The notes beneath the pieces are model-generated. The model did not search any database. It was not told where the DNA came from and was given only the letters and a program-made list of their open reading frames with translations. Below, piece after piece: positions 40,530-53,635 of a stretch of DNA of 64,000 bases. The stretch is from Octopus bimaculoides (lineage: Eukaryota): contig NC_068989.1 in assembly GCF_001194135.2 (NCBI RefSeq), forward strand, positions 21,833,526-21,897,525. Direction: 5' to 3'. The position numbers and the translations under genes were made by a program. Each line of letters opens with the position of its first letter. The stretch's first letter is position 1.

Positions 40530-40635
40530 CTCTATCACGTGACCTTATTAGGGGCCGTGATTGGTCAGTTTGCGTTCTGGCGGGAAAGGTTCGAAGAAGT
40601 TGCCGATTCGAATAATGATCAGTCACGTGATGACA
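40530..40635. promoter_or_regulatory. Promoter-like motif cluster
   Basis: TCACGTGAC (40535-40543), ATTGG (40560-40564), GGCGGGAAA E2F-like site (40579-40587) and GTCACGTGA (40622-40630) within about 100 bp of CpG-rich sequence. Confidence 0.4.
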
Positions 40636-42745
40636 AGGTTAATGGGTTCTCTACTACGCTCGCATTTATTTATATTTAAATGAGAAGGTTGTATGTAATG
40701 GCGATAGTAGTTTGTATCTAATGACGGGAGGTAGTTTCACTACACATTGATTTGCCCGGGTGCCTATAATGTTACCAGGATGGCTATGTCTCCAGGTAAA
40801 TGCCTTCAGGAAAATCTTGGATGAGGAAGGATCTAGAGGGTCTGTTCTGAATGTAGCGAGCTGGCAGAATCGTTAGCATGCAGCGCAAAATGCTTGGCGG
40901 CATTTCGTCGGTCTTTATATTCTGAGTTCAAATTCCGCAAAGGTAGACTTTGCCTTTCATCTTTTCGAAGTCGATAAAATTAATACCAGTAGAACATGGG
41001 AGTGAATGTAATCGACTTACTCCTCCTCAGAAATTGCTGGCCAAATTTTGAAACTAATTTACCTGAAATACAATACAATGTCTCAGAGCCAGTGATGGAG
41101 TCAGTACATAGTCGATCGGCGTGCTTGAAATAACAGCCAAATCTGTATAAGAAATGGGATGGTTGTGATCGGAAAGTCTTTCATAATTTGTCTGCTCTAT
41201 CAGAGTTGACTTGGTGTTAAGAAAACACAACAACGAATTACTTACATTGGATTTTAACTGATGGTATATGAGCAAGTAAGGAGCTCCATTCACATTGGCT
41301 GAGCAGCTGAAGAAAATATATGAAGAAGTATAAGTAATGAATGATTGTGATGACGATGATGATAATGATGACGATGATAATGATGATGACGATGGTGGTG
41401 GTGGTGGTGATGATGATGATGATGATCTTCATCATCATCATCATCATCGTCGTCATCATCATTGTTCAGTCCTGCTGACACAGGAGGACCTACAACTATC
41501 ATTCTCTAACCTACAGGCTTATACTTAATGCCATCCTATCAACTGTTGCCGTTTTTGGAAATCTCGCCCATATTTCAGTAAATTCACTGTAAATTTCTGT
41601 AAAGGACAGTACCTTTCTCTCCATTCTCACTTTTTCTCCTACCACCACCACTCCACACACACATAAAACTTGAAAAAGTCGTCGAGTGCCCCGTAACAAA
41701 AGATAAGCTTCAGCTTCTCGAACCTCTCAACATCCTCCACCACACTACCTCTTTCATTATGGCTATGAGAGGAAAACTGTTTTTCTTGCATGATGGAAGA
41801 AGGGTGGGTTGGCAGTTCTCACGATGGACTTGGCCGATAGCTGGATCCCTTCCAGGCGCTATTGCAGTTGTTCGTCATAAAGTTCACACGTCAACAATTC
41901 CCGGACACTGAAATAGTGAGTGCAAAAACAGTTTTGTCACTCAGAGTGCATATCTGAAAAGCCTATCTGACGGTATTTCCGGGCTGTAGAGTTTATCCCA
42001 AATCAATAGCACTCCTCGGTAGAACAGCCAGGCCAAGGATTTCTGAAATTTATCTAAAGTAGACCCCAACTTGAAAGTTTTTTCAGAACAGGTCAGTCAG
42101 GCCGTCCTCATTGAGACCCAGAGTTTCCCCGAGATTGTTGCCGCTCTCCCTTGCTATTAGACTTTTATGCATTGCTAATGTGAAATTTCCACCGGTCCGA
42201 CTTCAAAGAGGACAGTAAGCGTTTGATGACTCTTAGATGCCAAGCAACCGTTTTTTTTTTTTAATCCAAGACTGCAACTCCGTCAAAGAGATGAGCTCCG
42301 GAAAGATATGGCCTTCATATGGAAACTACACCAGTCCGCCAATCAAGAATTTCTGCAGGTAGCCTTAGCTCGTGTCTGCACATAAACAGCCGTAGCATAC
42401 CGAGCCATCCTAATAGAAGACGCTAGCGACAGAAGGTCCACGCGTTCCTTACACGAAAAGGTGTAAAGGATGCGTTCCAGATTAGAGCATATACCCCAAT
42501 CTGATTAAGCGGAAACTGGAGGAAGACTCAACGGTCAAATGATAAATTATGACTGAGTTGCTGTAAGCGACCGCCATTTCTACACAACCTTTCGCGAATG
42601 GCTTACTTTCAGCCCATGCTTTGGTAAGGCTAGCAAGCCACTTTGATTGTAACCGTCCAAGTACCGATGCATATGGACGTCAAGGTCGAATCAGATCCCG
42701 AGAAGTTTAACTAGTTCCACAGCGATGTCCGATAACGTGGGCCTA

Positions 42746-44163
42746 CCGTATTTGCCGCACCCGTGTATAAACCGCATCCCCGATTTTCGGTCCCCGACGG
42801 GGAAGAAATGTGGGGGAAACCGGGAAATAACTGGGGCTAATGAAAAAGGAGAAATGCAGGATGAATACAAAATTCAGTTTCATGATGATTTCATACTTAA
42901 CAAACAATTCCCACTGCTATCATTAATATTCATAATCATTAAGGGAAAGGATAAAGTCCAGGTTTTAAATGCAAGAGATAAGAGAACGTCTTTTTATTAT
43001 GTGTGTTTATATGATTTATTCATATTGTAATCTTTATATTCTTTCTTGACAATGTGTGGTCCTAAAAAGGACCGACCCTAATGGGTAGAGAGTTCATTCA
43101 AAGCCCAAGAACCCTTCGTCGTCAGACGACTTGTTGAAGACCTCGTAGAGTTGATCGTCTGCATATGCCAGTTCATCCTCGTTATCGCTGGAAGAGTCGA
43201 GAGAGATGGCGTCGTCTTCCCACAAGATGTCATCTTCTGTGTCGTCGAGCGCGTTGGATATGCAGCACTTCAGGAAAGCCCGCTTGATGATGTCTTCTGG
43301 AATCTCCTCCCAGACCTTCAGGATCCACTCGCAGATCGTCCCCAAGTCGACTTTCTTCGTGTACCCCGTCTTTGTAATTCCCTTTGGTGTATTAGCCATC
43401 CAATCCTCCCAGCGGTGCTTGAGACGGTCCTTAAACGGCTTGTTGATTGCAACATCAAAAGGTTGAAGAAGGGATGTCATTCCTCCGGGGATCATTACCA
43501 CGTCGATGTTCAGACGACGTATCATCGCCTTGGTTTTTTCTGACTTGGGACATCTGAATGCGTCCAGGATCAGGAGACTCCTTCTCTGATGCAGTCCACT
43601 GATGCACCTCCCCCACACTACACGAAACTAGTCCTCGATGAGTGCCTGGTCCATCCAACCTTTCGCTTGGGCTCGAACGATGACCCTTCCGGAAGCTTGG
43701 CGTTTCTGGGTAGTGTCTTCCTCTTGAAGACAACGTACGGTGACAGCTTTCCTCCGTCAGCCGTGCAAACCAGCATCACCGTAAAACAATCATTCTCGTG
43801 ACCTGTCGTGACGATTTCCCCTGTCTTCTCCCCGTTCTCAGCAACAGTTGTCGCCATCGGAAGATCGAACGTGTGGGGAGTTTGGTTTGCGTTGCCGATG
43901 CGGCTCAGAGAGTACTGATGTTATAAGAGCGTATGACGAACAAAATGGAGATGACACTGAAATAAGAATATTTAAACAGCTGTTTTACTAGCTTTAACGG
44001 CAAAAATTGTCAGGGGAGCTAGTACGACGTGAATCTTGGATAATTACATGAAATAATGTCCGGGTTTTAGACTGACTTTTCCTTCTACCCGTGTATAAAC
44101 CGCACTCACCTTTTCCTGGATTTTTCGTCAGAAAAAGTGCGGTTAATACACCGGCAAATACGG
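42746..44163 (-). mobile_element. pogo-superfamily (Passer/POGK-like) DNA transposon, internally deleted
   Basis: TA|CCGTATTTGCCG...CGGCAAATACGG|TA termini (TA at 42744-42745 and 44164-44165). Confidence 0.9.
43094..43917 (-). pseudogene. pogo DDE_1 transposase catalytic region (frameshifted, N-terminal HTH missing)
   Basis: IGNANQTP, TTGHENDCFTVMLVCTADGGKLSPYVVFKRK, LLILDAFRC and IPGGMTSLLQPFDVAINKPFK, with an acidic tail. Confidence 0.9.
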
Positions 44164-45529
44164 TACTTCTCTTGAGTGTCAAACTGAAATCCTACAGGCA
44201 TTTTCGGAATTATCAGTCCTCCAGCAACCGTCTCATAGTCTTGTAGTGTCGATAACTTTTACGGTGATATCGTCCGACACAGATCTCTCGAATCCCATCT
44301 CAAAATGGAGACATCTTAATAGTTTTAGCTTCCGCAATAATAACTCGAGAACCAGGATGTACAGAAGATGTGAAAGAGAACATCATCTGCAGACTGAGTG
44401 TGAAATATGAAACCGTTCCGATAGCTGGCCGTTCATTCTGATCACTGAACAGATGCTGCTGTGCATTACTGCAATCCAGCTACTGAAAACGAATACGAAA
44501 CCGTCTGCTTTCAGAACGGTTGCCTATCACCAATGGTCGACCCCATTGAAGGCTTTCGACTCATCCAAATTGATCGTACTTCAACCATAGCCAGTTTTAT
44601 TTCCAACACTTTCAATTATATATCGCATAAGGTAGCGGTTGTCGCGGAATGGTCTATTGAGGATAACAGAGGTTTGCGCTTCCAAGACCAAATCACCATC
44701 GATAAGCGCCAACATTTTTGCTAATACCGTGGCCAAAATTTCAAACTCTCCATTTATTGGTGTTACTAACTGGAAATTATCCCTAACATTTTCCTTATTG
44801 GCGTAATTTCTCCCCAGCTCACAGAACAGGCAATTCTCCAGATCTGCTACCACTTGAGATATATGTCAACCACGAGGTCACCAAATAAGTGTAACATATA
44901 ATCATAAATCTGGTATGCAGACTATTCAATTCGGTTGTGATGCCTTTTCAAATTGCCTGGTCTAGCATGCTTATTAGCTACTCTTCCACTCTATTTCTGT
45001 CTATCTCTAGCTCTTTACTAAACGCCAACAATTTTGATCTAATTTCCTTCTTTAAGGCGCCTCACCACCGTTTATGATAGTCCCAGTCAACTGTTGTTTG
45101 ACTAGCCCGTTAATCTGATCCATGTAATCTTTGTGAACTGGAAGAGATGTGTTCCACTTATAACAGTTAGGTTCCTATGAATCAACCGTGCATATCACAA
45201 ATTTGTGGAATGTAAGTCGACCAGTATAAATTATGGCCTCCCAACAGTTTCCCTGACGAACACTCTAAGTACGAGCAAGATGACCCATAATGGTTGCTCC
45301 ATGTTCAAACGGGCGCTTTTGAGAAATTTAGTCAGTACCTATCAGACAGTTGGAAATGTCCGAGTAGGTTTCCATTTTTTTTTTTTTTACCGCATCGTAC
45401 ATTTAAAATACAATTCCAATCCTCCTACTTGTCTTAAAGCATTAAATGTTCCCAAGAAAGTGAAGTATTCTTTGAAAGGCTTTTTGATGGCCTGTTTTTG
45501 TCAACTCTTTTCCTGAAATTTCTAGCAAC

Positions 45530-46225
45530 CTCCCGAGAAATTATACGTGAGCGCCTTGTCTATGTCCACTGATGTTTTTATTAAAATTTTGTCTTTGGGT
45601 GTTTGGAGAATAAATTCCTCAGATTCTTCCCTTTTATTGCTTTGTATTGCCATGATATATAGTCCATCAACTCACTGTTGTTTTTGCTTATTTATAACAA
45701 TAATGTTATAAATAATAACTTCCCAGGGGCCATGCTGTAAGAGCACCGTTTTCTGTAGTCTTTGAATCAGCTTTCTCCTTTCTGGTTTTGAGAAGCCTAA
45801 TTTCTCAAGATTGATATTTAGGCAGTGCATTATATATCCCAGTGTCCCAATAATTACAGGTATAAATATGAACTTGTAATCTGGATAGAGTAACTGTAAA
45901 TTTCTCAATAGTTCAGCGTAGGTATTTTCTTTTTCTCTGTTCTTTAACTTTATGTTAACATCCGTTGGGCAGCTGATTTCCACAACTGTACACAGTTTCT
46001 CTTCTCTATCCCAAATCATATTGTCAGGCTATTGCGTTTATATTTTATTGAGGTTTTCACTAGGACATTCCATCAGTACTCCTTTTTATTTTGAATGGCT
46101 ATGACTTCCACCATACTGTGGGTTCTTATTTCTTTGTGCTTGGGGGTTATCCTTTCGACGGATCTCGTTATACAGTGTCCTAGCTGCAACATGTCTCGTT
46201 GGTAGATAATACCGTGATATGTATG
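45530..46225 (-). mobile_element. 3' end of an RLE-type non-LTR retrotransposon (R4/NeSL-like)
   Basis: RHVAARTLYNEI...IWDREEKLCTVVEISCPTDVNI...KENTYAELLRNLQLLYPDYKFIFIPVIIGTLG. Confidence 0.75.
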
Positions 46226-46230
46226 TATGT

Positions 46231-46600
46231 GTGGAGGCGCAATAGCCCAGTGATTAGAGCAGCGGACTCGCGGTCATAGTATCGCAGTTTCGATTCCCAG
46301 ACCGGGCGTCGTGAGTGTTTATTGAGCGAAAACACCTAAAGCTCCACAAGGCTCCGGCAGGGGATGGTGGCGAACCCTGCTGTACTCTTTCACCACAACT
46401 TTCTCTCACTCTTACTTCCTGTTTCTGTTGTACCTGTAATTCAAAGGGTCAGCCTTGTCACACTGTGTCACGCTGAATATCCCCGAGAACTACGTTAAGG
46501 GTACACGTGTCTGTGGATTGCTCAGCCACTTGCACGTTAATTTCACGAGCAGGCTGTTCCGTTGATCGGATCGACTGGAACCCTCACGGAGTGCCAACAA
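46231..46600 (+). mobile_element. tRNA-derived SINE, family A
   Basis: Near-identical to 26731-27111; interrupts the RLE element; (ATGT)n on both sides. Confidence 0.85.
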
Positions 46601-48259
46601 AATGTATGTATGTATGTATGTATGTATGTATGTATGCATGCACGTATGTATTCATACAAGTGAAAATATGTAATATAACTGTGTGTACAATTGTACGTAT
46701 ACATGTGAGCATAAATTTATGCACACGTTTCAAGGTATGGTAATACAAGCAGGAAAATTATTCAAAGCATGAGTATATATATATATATATATTATTTATT
46801 TAATCGGCAGAAGTTAGTGTGTGTGGCTTTTGAACCACTTTGTAACTCCTGTTGATTAAATAAAAAAAATACATACGTACACATGGATTTGTCAACACAT
46901 GAATATGCTTAAGTGTGTATGGATATCTATGCATGCATGTCTATGTGCGTATCTTTGTGTATATATAGGTGTTCTTTTGTGCGATTATGTATATTCATAT
47001 ATGTATGTGTTCTTTATTTAGTCGACGAAAGTATTATATTATTTTATGAATAGTCGAGTAAGTAATGGGCCACGATCGTAGAGGCATGTGTGTAACTGAT
47101 TTAATCAAATTTCATAGTATCTTACTGGAATTTATTTATTCAATATCGACGCATAAGGTGCAACAGAGAAAATTTCGACTATGAAATTTGAATATTACTT
47201 GGTAAGAAGAAGTAACTCTTAATGTTAGAGTTATTTCCCTTGGTCCATTATTTCAGCAGATGTCATAAGCCTGTAGTTACATCTATCTATTATTAAATTG
47301 CTGGTTAAATGATGCGTGTACTTTTTGTGTCAGTGATTCGTAATATTATTTCTATATATTTATCGTCCTAAAATGAGAGGATTTTCTCTCCACTTTATAA
47401 AATCAAGAAATTTTAAATTTTAATTGCGACTCAGCATGTTACAGCAGATTTCTTTTCATTCGAAATCGGATTCCCGACCTTAAGATCGTCAGCTGAATAC
47501 CTTAACCACTAAGCCACGCATCTTCAACTAGAGTGATCTAAATTAATTAGAGCTCCACCAAAGGGAAGCTTTTAACCTATACTTTCAACGATGTATCGCA
47601 CGAGCTGGATGATGTCCTAGATGAAAGCATCGGAATCGGATGGATCTGTGCAGAAATGATAGCATTCACGATCAAAGCGCCAGAATTTATATTAGTACCT
47701 TGACCAAACGTTTTAATGCAAAGTTATGAGTTTTTGAAATTATCGATGATGTCCCATTTGTTTGCGTCCTTCTTCAGCAGCGTTGCCTGGCTCACACAAT
47801 CAAGAATTCTCTCGCTGGCGCATCTGAGCTCATACCACAAGGAATTTTCTGTTTCACACAACTAGGAATGCTCGCTTGTTGGACAACCCAGCCAAACTCG
47901 GCGAGTTGCTCCTCGTCCAACAAATTAGTATCTCACACATCTCAGCTACTATTATCGGCTTTTCGCACATCACGCAGTTCAGGGAGAGCCACCACGGCTT
48001 GCCGTCAAAACAAGCCTTAAGGTCCACTGTCACCGGTTTGTCGCTACCGATTTTTTTTTCTTTTGTTTTACTTCTAACTAGTGACCATTCAATTTGTGAT
48101 CCTGTTTTAACTACAGAAGCTTTACAGAAAAAGGAAAAAAAAAAATCATATTTCACTAATTAGTTTACGCTGTTGTCAGCTGATAAAATTTAAAGTATGT
48201 TCTTCAATGCAATTTTTTTAGTTCATGTAGTGGAAGAAACATGTGGTATTCATTTTAAA

Positions 48260-49250
48260 TATTCTTTTCTACTCTAGGCACAAGGCCCGAAATTTTGGGG
48301 AAGGGGCCAGTCGATTAGACCGACCTCCAGTACGCAACTGGTACTTAATTTATCGACCGCGAAAAGATGAAAGGCAAAGTCGACCTCGGTGGAATTTGAA
48401 CTCAAAACGTAAAGACAGATGAAATACCGCTAAGCATTTCGCCCGGCGTGCTAACGTTTCTTTTCTACTCTAGGCATAAAGCTCGAAATTTTAGGGAGGG
48501 GACCAGTCGATTAGATCGACTCCAGACACAACTGGTACTTAATTTATCGACCCCGAAAAGATGAAAGGCAAAGTCGACCTTGGTGGAATTTGAACGCAGA
48601 AGACTGACGAAATACCAGTAAGCATTATCGCTCGGCATTCTAACGTTTCTGCCGGCTCACCGCCTTTTAATTTGAAATATTAGGAGAAATTTTACTTTGT
48701 GATTTCCAAGACAAGGGAGGTAACTGTTAGTATATGTGTTTCACGATGGTAAATTATGACATTACACAGGGCGCAACCATTACTCTGCGTATTAGGTACG
48801 TCGTACATCATAAACTCGTGACGTCACACTTTGTGTGCACTTCTAAACGTAAAGTCACTTCCATTACATCCCATCTCTCTTCCTTGCAAACATTGCAAGA
48901 GATATTATTGTAGTCAATATACACACAAAGCAAGGCGGCGAGCTGGCAGAAACGTTAGCACGCCGGTCGACGTAATCGACTTAATCCCTTTGTCTGTCCT
49001 TGTTTGTCTCCTCTATGTTTAGTCCCTTGTGGGCAATAAAGAAATCAGAATCGTTAGCACGCCGGGGGAAATGCTTAGCGGTATTTCGTCTGCCGTTACG
49101 TTCTGAGTTCAAATTCCGCCGAGGTCGACTTTGCCTTTCATCCTTTCGGGGTCGATAAATTAAGTACCAGTGGCTTACTGTGGTCGATCTAATCGACTGG
49201 CGCCCCTCCCCCAAAATTTCGGGCCTTGTGCCTAGAGTAGAAAAGAATAT
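48260..49250. mobile_element. SINE family B cluster (two minus-strand copies 48260-48667, two plus-strand copies 48934-49250) around the Gypsy 3' LTR
   Basis: Repeated head AGGCGGCGAGCTGGCAGAAACGTTAGCACGCC and family B core. Confidence 0.85.
48748..48868 (-). repeat. Gypsy 3' LTR
   Basis: About 83% match (about 20 mismatches in 121 bp by eye) to the reconstructed 5' LTR; preceded on the minus strand by the PPT GGAAGAGAGATGGGA (48869-48883). Confidence 0.85.
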
Positions 49251-49566
49251 ACACACGAAGTTTAAGTTATGACAATATTTGGAACTTATATTATCAACTT
49301 CAAATAAACCCAGTTTTATATCCATTATCATTTCGATAAAGCAGCTTTCTTCAGAGTCCATGAATATATCTTTTTCAAATTTAACTGTCCATAAATGGTT
49401 TTTTTTTCTCTTTTTTCATTAAGAAAATAATCTTTTTAACTTCTTCAAACGTGGAAAGAATAATGAAATATGCTTTCTAGCAATTAACACAGTTCAACTT
49501 GTTAACTTGAAATTCAACATTTAACACAGTTTATGAATCCCTCTTTTCTTGGAGCACTTCTCGAAT

Positions 49567-52500
49567 TCAACAGTTCTTGATATCAATCCCAATGTTGGTT
49601 TTTCTTCCGGATCTTGTAGATTGATTACAGATAGTGTTCGTTGTCTCAGACTCATTTGTATCACAGCTCATAGTTTCTTCACATTCTCCATTTGGCTGAA
49701 CTGTTGGATTCTCAGCAGCTGTCCGCAGATGACGGCGATTTCGTCGATACTGTTTTGCATCTAACGTCGTTATGTTGTAGGATCTTGGTGCGTCATCAAC
49801 TGATTTGACAACTCCAGGCTTCCATGACTGTTTTTCTTGAATCCTGACATGCTGTCCAGGAATCAAGGGAGGTAACTCTCTACTACCTCTGTCGTAGTAG
49901 CACTTTTGCTTGTCTTGACGTGCTTTCAGCTGATCATGTAGCCATTTCTGGCTCTGAGCATGCACTTTGTCACTCTGAAATGAGCATCATGATTTCTCTT
50001 CAATATTTCTGTATTTAGTGTTGTAGGAACTACAACTTTGTCAGCTTTGAAGATGAGGTCATCAACAATAGTCAGTTCATCTTGAATATTCCAGCAGTCT
50101 CTCGCACTTGCTGGAACATCATTTCTGTTTTCTGGCCATCCGCACAGAATCACTGATTTCAGATGTTGCAGTCGTGGGTCATTTGCTGTGGCAATCCTGA
50201 ATTCGCTCAGCTTTCCTGAGGTCATTGGTAGTTGTGATATTAGGTCCACATCACACTCGGTTTCATCAAACCAATCATTGCTTGCTTGAAGATATGTCCT
50301 GCTCAAGGCATCTGCAACAATCAGTACTTTGCCGGGTCTGTAGGTAACTTGAAGATAATACTTCTGTAGACTCAGCCACATTCTCTGCAACCTCTGAGGA
50401 GCTCTACTCAAAGGTTTCTGAAACATGATTTCAAGGGGCTTTGTTTTCCCGTAGATGTACTGATGAAACTTCTCACATCCTACCATCTCTTTCTCAATCT
50501 GCGCTTACTACTTTTGCGCACTTGTCAGTGATCTCGGAACGAACACTACAAGCTTGTCAGCTTGCATCAACACTGCTCCTAGCCCTTCAGAGCTTGCTTC
50601 CACTGATAACGTTACCGGCTTTGTAACATCAAAGTACTGTAGTACTGGAGTCTCTGTCACTCTTTGTTTCAAATTCTTGAAACACGTTTGCTGCCTTTCT
50701 TCCCAGTGCCATGCAATGTCCTTCGGCAATATAACTCTCGTAGAGCTGCGGTTTCACTGAAGAGATTTGGCATGAACTATCTCAGATACTGTATCATACC
50801 GAGGAATCTCATCAGATCTGTTTTATTTTCAGGCTCCGACATTTCTTGGATAGCTGTCACCTTTTCAGGATCTGGCTTCAGTCCCTTGTTAATGAGAAGA
50901 TGCCCTACATATGCGACCTCCGTCATTCTCAGCTTGCGTTTCTTTGCATTCAATTTCAGGCCACTTAACTGCATTCTGTTCAGAGCGACATGCAGTCTTT
51001 CATCGTGTTGCTTGACTTCTGTACAAAATGTCATCAACAATACATTCTGTGCCTGATAAACCTTCTAGGATCTGTGACATAGTTCTCTGAAATACCTCCG
51101 GCGCCGACTTCACTCCGAAAGGTAGCCGGGTGAATCGGTATTTACCGAACGGGGTATTGAAGGTACACAACTTGGAACTGCTTTCATCAAGTTGCATCTG
51201 CCAAAATACAGACTCTGCGTCAAGAACGATGAACAGCTTGGCACCTGGCATTCGTGACATACTTTCCTCAGCAGTTCTCATGGGATAATGTTCTCTTTTT
51301 ATGGCACGATTAAGATCTTTTGAGTTTATGCAGATCCTAACCTTGTTTGGTTTCACTACTGTCACCATGTTATTAACCAAGTTTGTGGGTTGAATCTCTT
51401 TGACGACAACTTCAAGCTTGGTCATTCGATCAAGTTCTGCTTGCACCTTGTCCACCAAAGCAGCAGGCACTTTTCTCGGCGGGTGTACTACGGGTGTACT
51501 ACGGGTGTGATTTTGTCCACTATTTCTATGTGGTGTTCTCCCGGCATGTATCTGAGTCCTTGAAACAGTTCTGGATATTCTCCCAGTATGTCTGTATTCA
51601 CTTTCTGAATGTTGTGAACTCGCTGTACCGACTTCAATTTTTCACAGGCTTTTCTTTCCAGTATACTTGGACGGTTTTCTTCCATAACCAGGAATAGTAT
51701 TTCATTCGAAGTGCCACAGATTTCACTTGATATTGATAGTTCTATCTGTTCAAGCTCGAATCGCTTTTCTTTGAAGAATGACATAAGTTTCACTTTTTAT
51801 TTTTCACAGTTCCTTATTCTTCAAATTCAAACTGTCGGACATTGATTTGGAAATGATATTGCATTGTGCACCCGTATCCAGTTTGACTTGCACTGGTTTC
51901 TTGTTGATTAATAAAGTCTCATACCAGTCTTCGTCGTCTTTATCGGTGTTCATCTGTCCAATGAATAATTCTTGAATTTTTTCAATTTCTTCAGAATTGT
52001 CAACAGTGTGAACATTTTTGCGTTTTCTTTCTCTAATGTCTTATCTCTCGTGCCTATATGGTATTCTAGTTTTACGCATGCTGGCATAATGCTGTTTACC
52101 ACTGCATTTGTCACAAACTTTTCCTGCAGTAGGACACTTGCCTTTAGCATGTTTGTAACCACACTGTCTACACTGAGGGTAGTCTTTTGTTCTACCTTTA
52201 AGGTCATACTTTCTTTTTGGACCCCTACTGGCATTCGTGGCATCGGTTTCTGTAGATAATGGTTGACTGTTCATCATTAAGAACTTTCAATTGCTGTGTA
52301 CTGATTTCTGAAGCTCTACACATCTGTACAGTTTTTTTTCCAAATCAAGATCATGTTCTCTTGATAATTGCACTCTGAGGCAATCACTAAGAATTCCAAA
52401 GACAATTCTATCTTTAATGAGCCCATCATTCAGTGTCCCAAACTCACAAGTTCTAGATTTATTCTTTAAATTTGGTGCATACTGATCAGTTGTCTCACCT

Positions 52501-52826
52501 GGTTTCTGAGTTCGTGTGAAAAATCTATGTCTCTCAATCGTCAGATTTTTCTTAGGTTCACAAAATTCCTGAAACCTTTGCTTCACTTTATTGTAATTCT
52601 TGCTATCTGCTTCCTCACTCCTCTTAAAAGAGTTTTACACTTGAACTGCAGCTTCTCCCGCCACGTGTAGTAGAGCAGCCCACTTCACACTCTGTGATTT
52701 AGCTGCGATTCCGCTAGCCGTAAGGTAAAGTTCAAACATTTGTAGCCACCGTTTCCATTTCTCGGCTATGTTGCCTTCAAGATTAAGCTCATTCGGGCGA
52801 TTATCTAATCCCTCTTCTGACACCAT
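49567..52826 (-). pseudogene. Gypsy gag-pol remnant
   Basis: ORF fragments 52635-52826, 52287-52586, 52041-52277, 51488-51793, 51000-51470, 50777-51040, 50508-50729, 49926-50486 and 49567-49965 form one frameshifted polyprotein. Confidence 0.9.
52807..52825 (-). other. Primer-binding site complementary to the tRNA-Leu 3' end
   Basis: TGGTGTCAGAAGAGGGATT immediately after the LTR CA; complementary, with one mismatch, to the tRNA-Leu(CAA/CAG) 3' end as I recall it. Confidence 0.75.
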
Positions 52827-53177
52827 GTAAATTAGGACATGACACAGAGCGCAGCCAATACTATGCTGGCAGAAACGTTAGCACGCCGGACGAAATGCCT
52901 AACGGTATTTCGTCTGCCGTTACGTTCTGACTTCAAATTCCGCCGAGGTCGACTTTGCCTTTCATCCTTTCGGTGTCGATTAAATAAGTACCAGTTAATC
53001 ATTCGAGTCGATGTAATCGACTTAATCCCCTTATCTGTCCTTGTTTGTCCCCTCTATGTTTAGCCCCCTGTGGACAATAAAGAAATAAATACTATGCGTA
53101 TTTGCTGCATCATGCATCACAAACTCATGACGTCATACTTTGTGTGCATATCTTAACGTAAAGTCACTTTCATTACA
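52826..53177 (-). repeat. Gypsy 5' LTR split by a SINE
   Basis: 52826-52866 plus about 53097-53177 reconstruct a TG...CA LTR directly before the PBS. Confidence 0.85.
52866..53090 (+). mobile_element. SINE family B inserted in the Gypsy 5' LTR
   Basis: Flanked by 10-bp TSD AATACTATGC; a second partial copy at 53334-53500. Confidence 0.85.
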
Positions 53178-53588
53178 ACGTTGCATACGGGAAGCTGTCA
53201 AGGATTGATGACGTCAGCGAGTCTCTGATAAATATATTAAGAACTGTGATTGACTGTACTTTCAATTTCTTCAATCATCTTTATATACTTTCACATCTAT
53301 TGATTTCTCTTTCTCTTAGAAGTAGTTATAACTTACGTTCTGAGTTCAAATTCCGCCGAGGTCGACTTTGCCTTTCATCCTTTCGGGGTCGATAAAATAA
53401 GTACCAGTTACGCACTGGAGTCGATGTAATCGACTTAATCCCCTTGTCTGTCCTTGTTTGTCCCCTCTATGTTTAGCCCCTTGTGGGCAATAAAGAAATA
53501 ATAATTATTATTATTATTGTGTGTGTGTGTGCGTGTATGTGTGTGTGTGTGTGTATGTGTGTGTGTGTGTATGTGTGTGTGTGTGTAT

Positions 53589-53635
<47 letters not shown>

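Larger units (their letters stand above)
41505..45500 (-). mobile_element. Decayed Tx1/L1-clade LINE ORF2, interrupted by a pogo element
   Basis: Motifs INLDESKAFNGVDH (about 44535-44580), LLYILVLELLLRKL and VSDDITV (about 44255-44280); C-terminus KVRMERKVLSF...SISL* ends at 41511; many stops and frameshifts. Confidence 0.75.
48748..53177 (-). mobile_element. Ty3/Gypsy LTR retrotransposon (Mag-like), structurally complete but decayed
   Basis: Two LTRs of about 120 bp, PBS, PPT and near-TSD ACGAT/ACGTT. Contains gag, CCHC knuckles, protease (VKLDTGAQCNII), RT (RLPFGVKSAPEVFQR, IVDDIL), RNase H and the integrase C-terminus, in frameshifted pieces 52826-49567. Confidence 0.92.
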
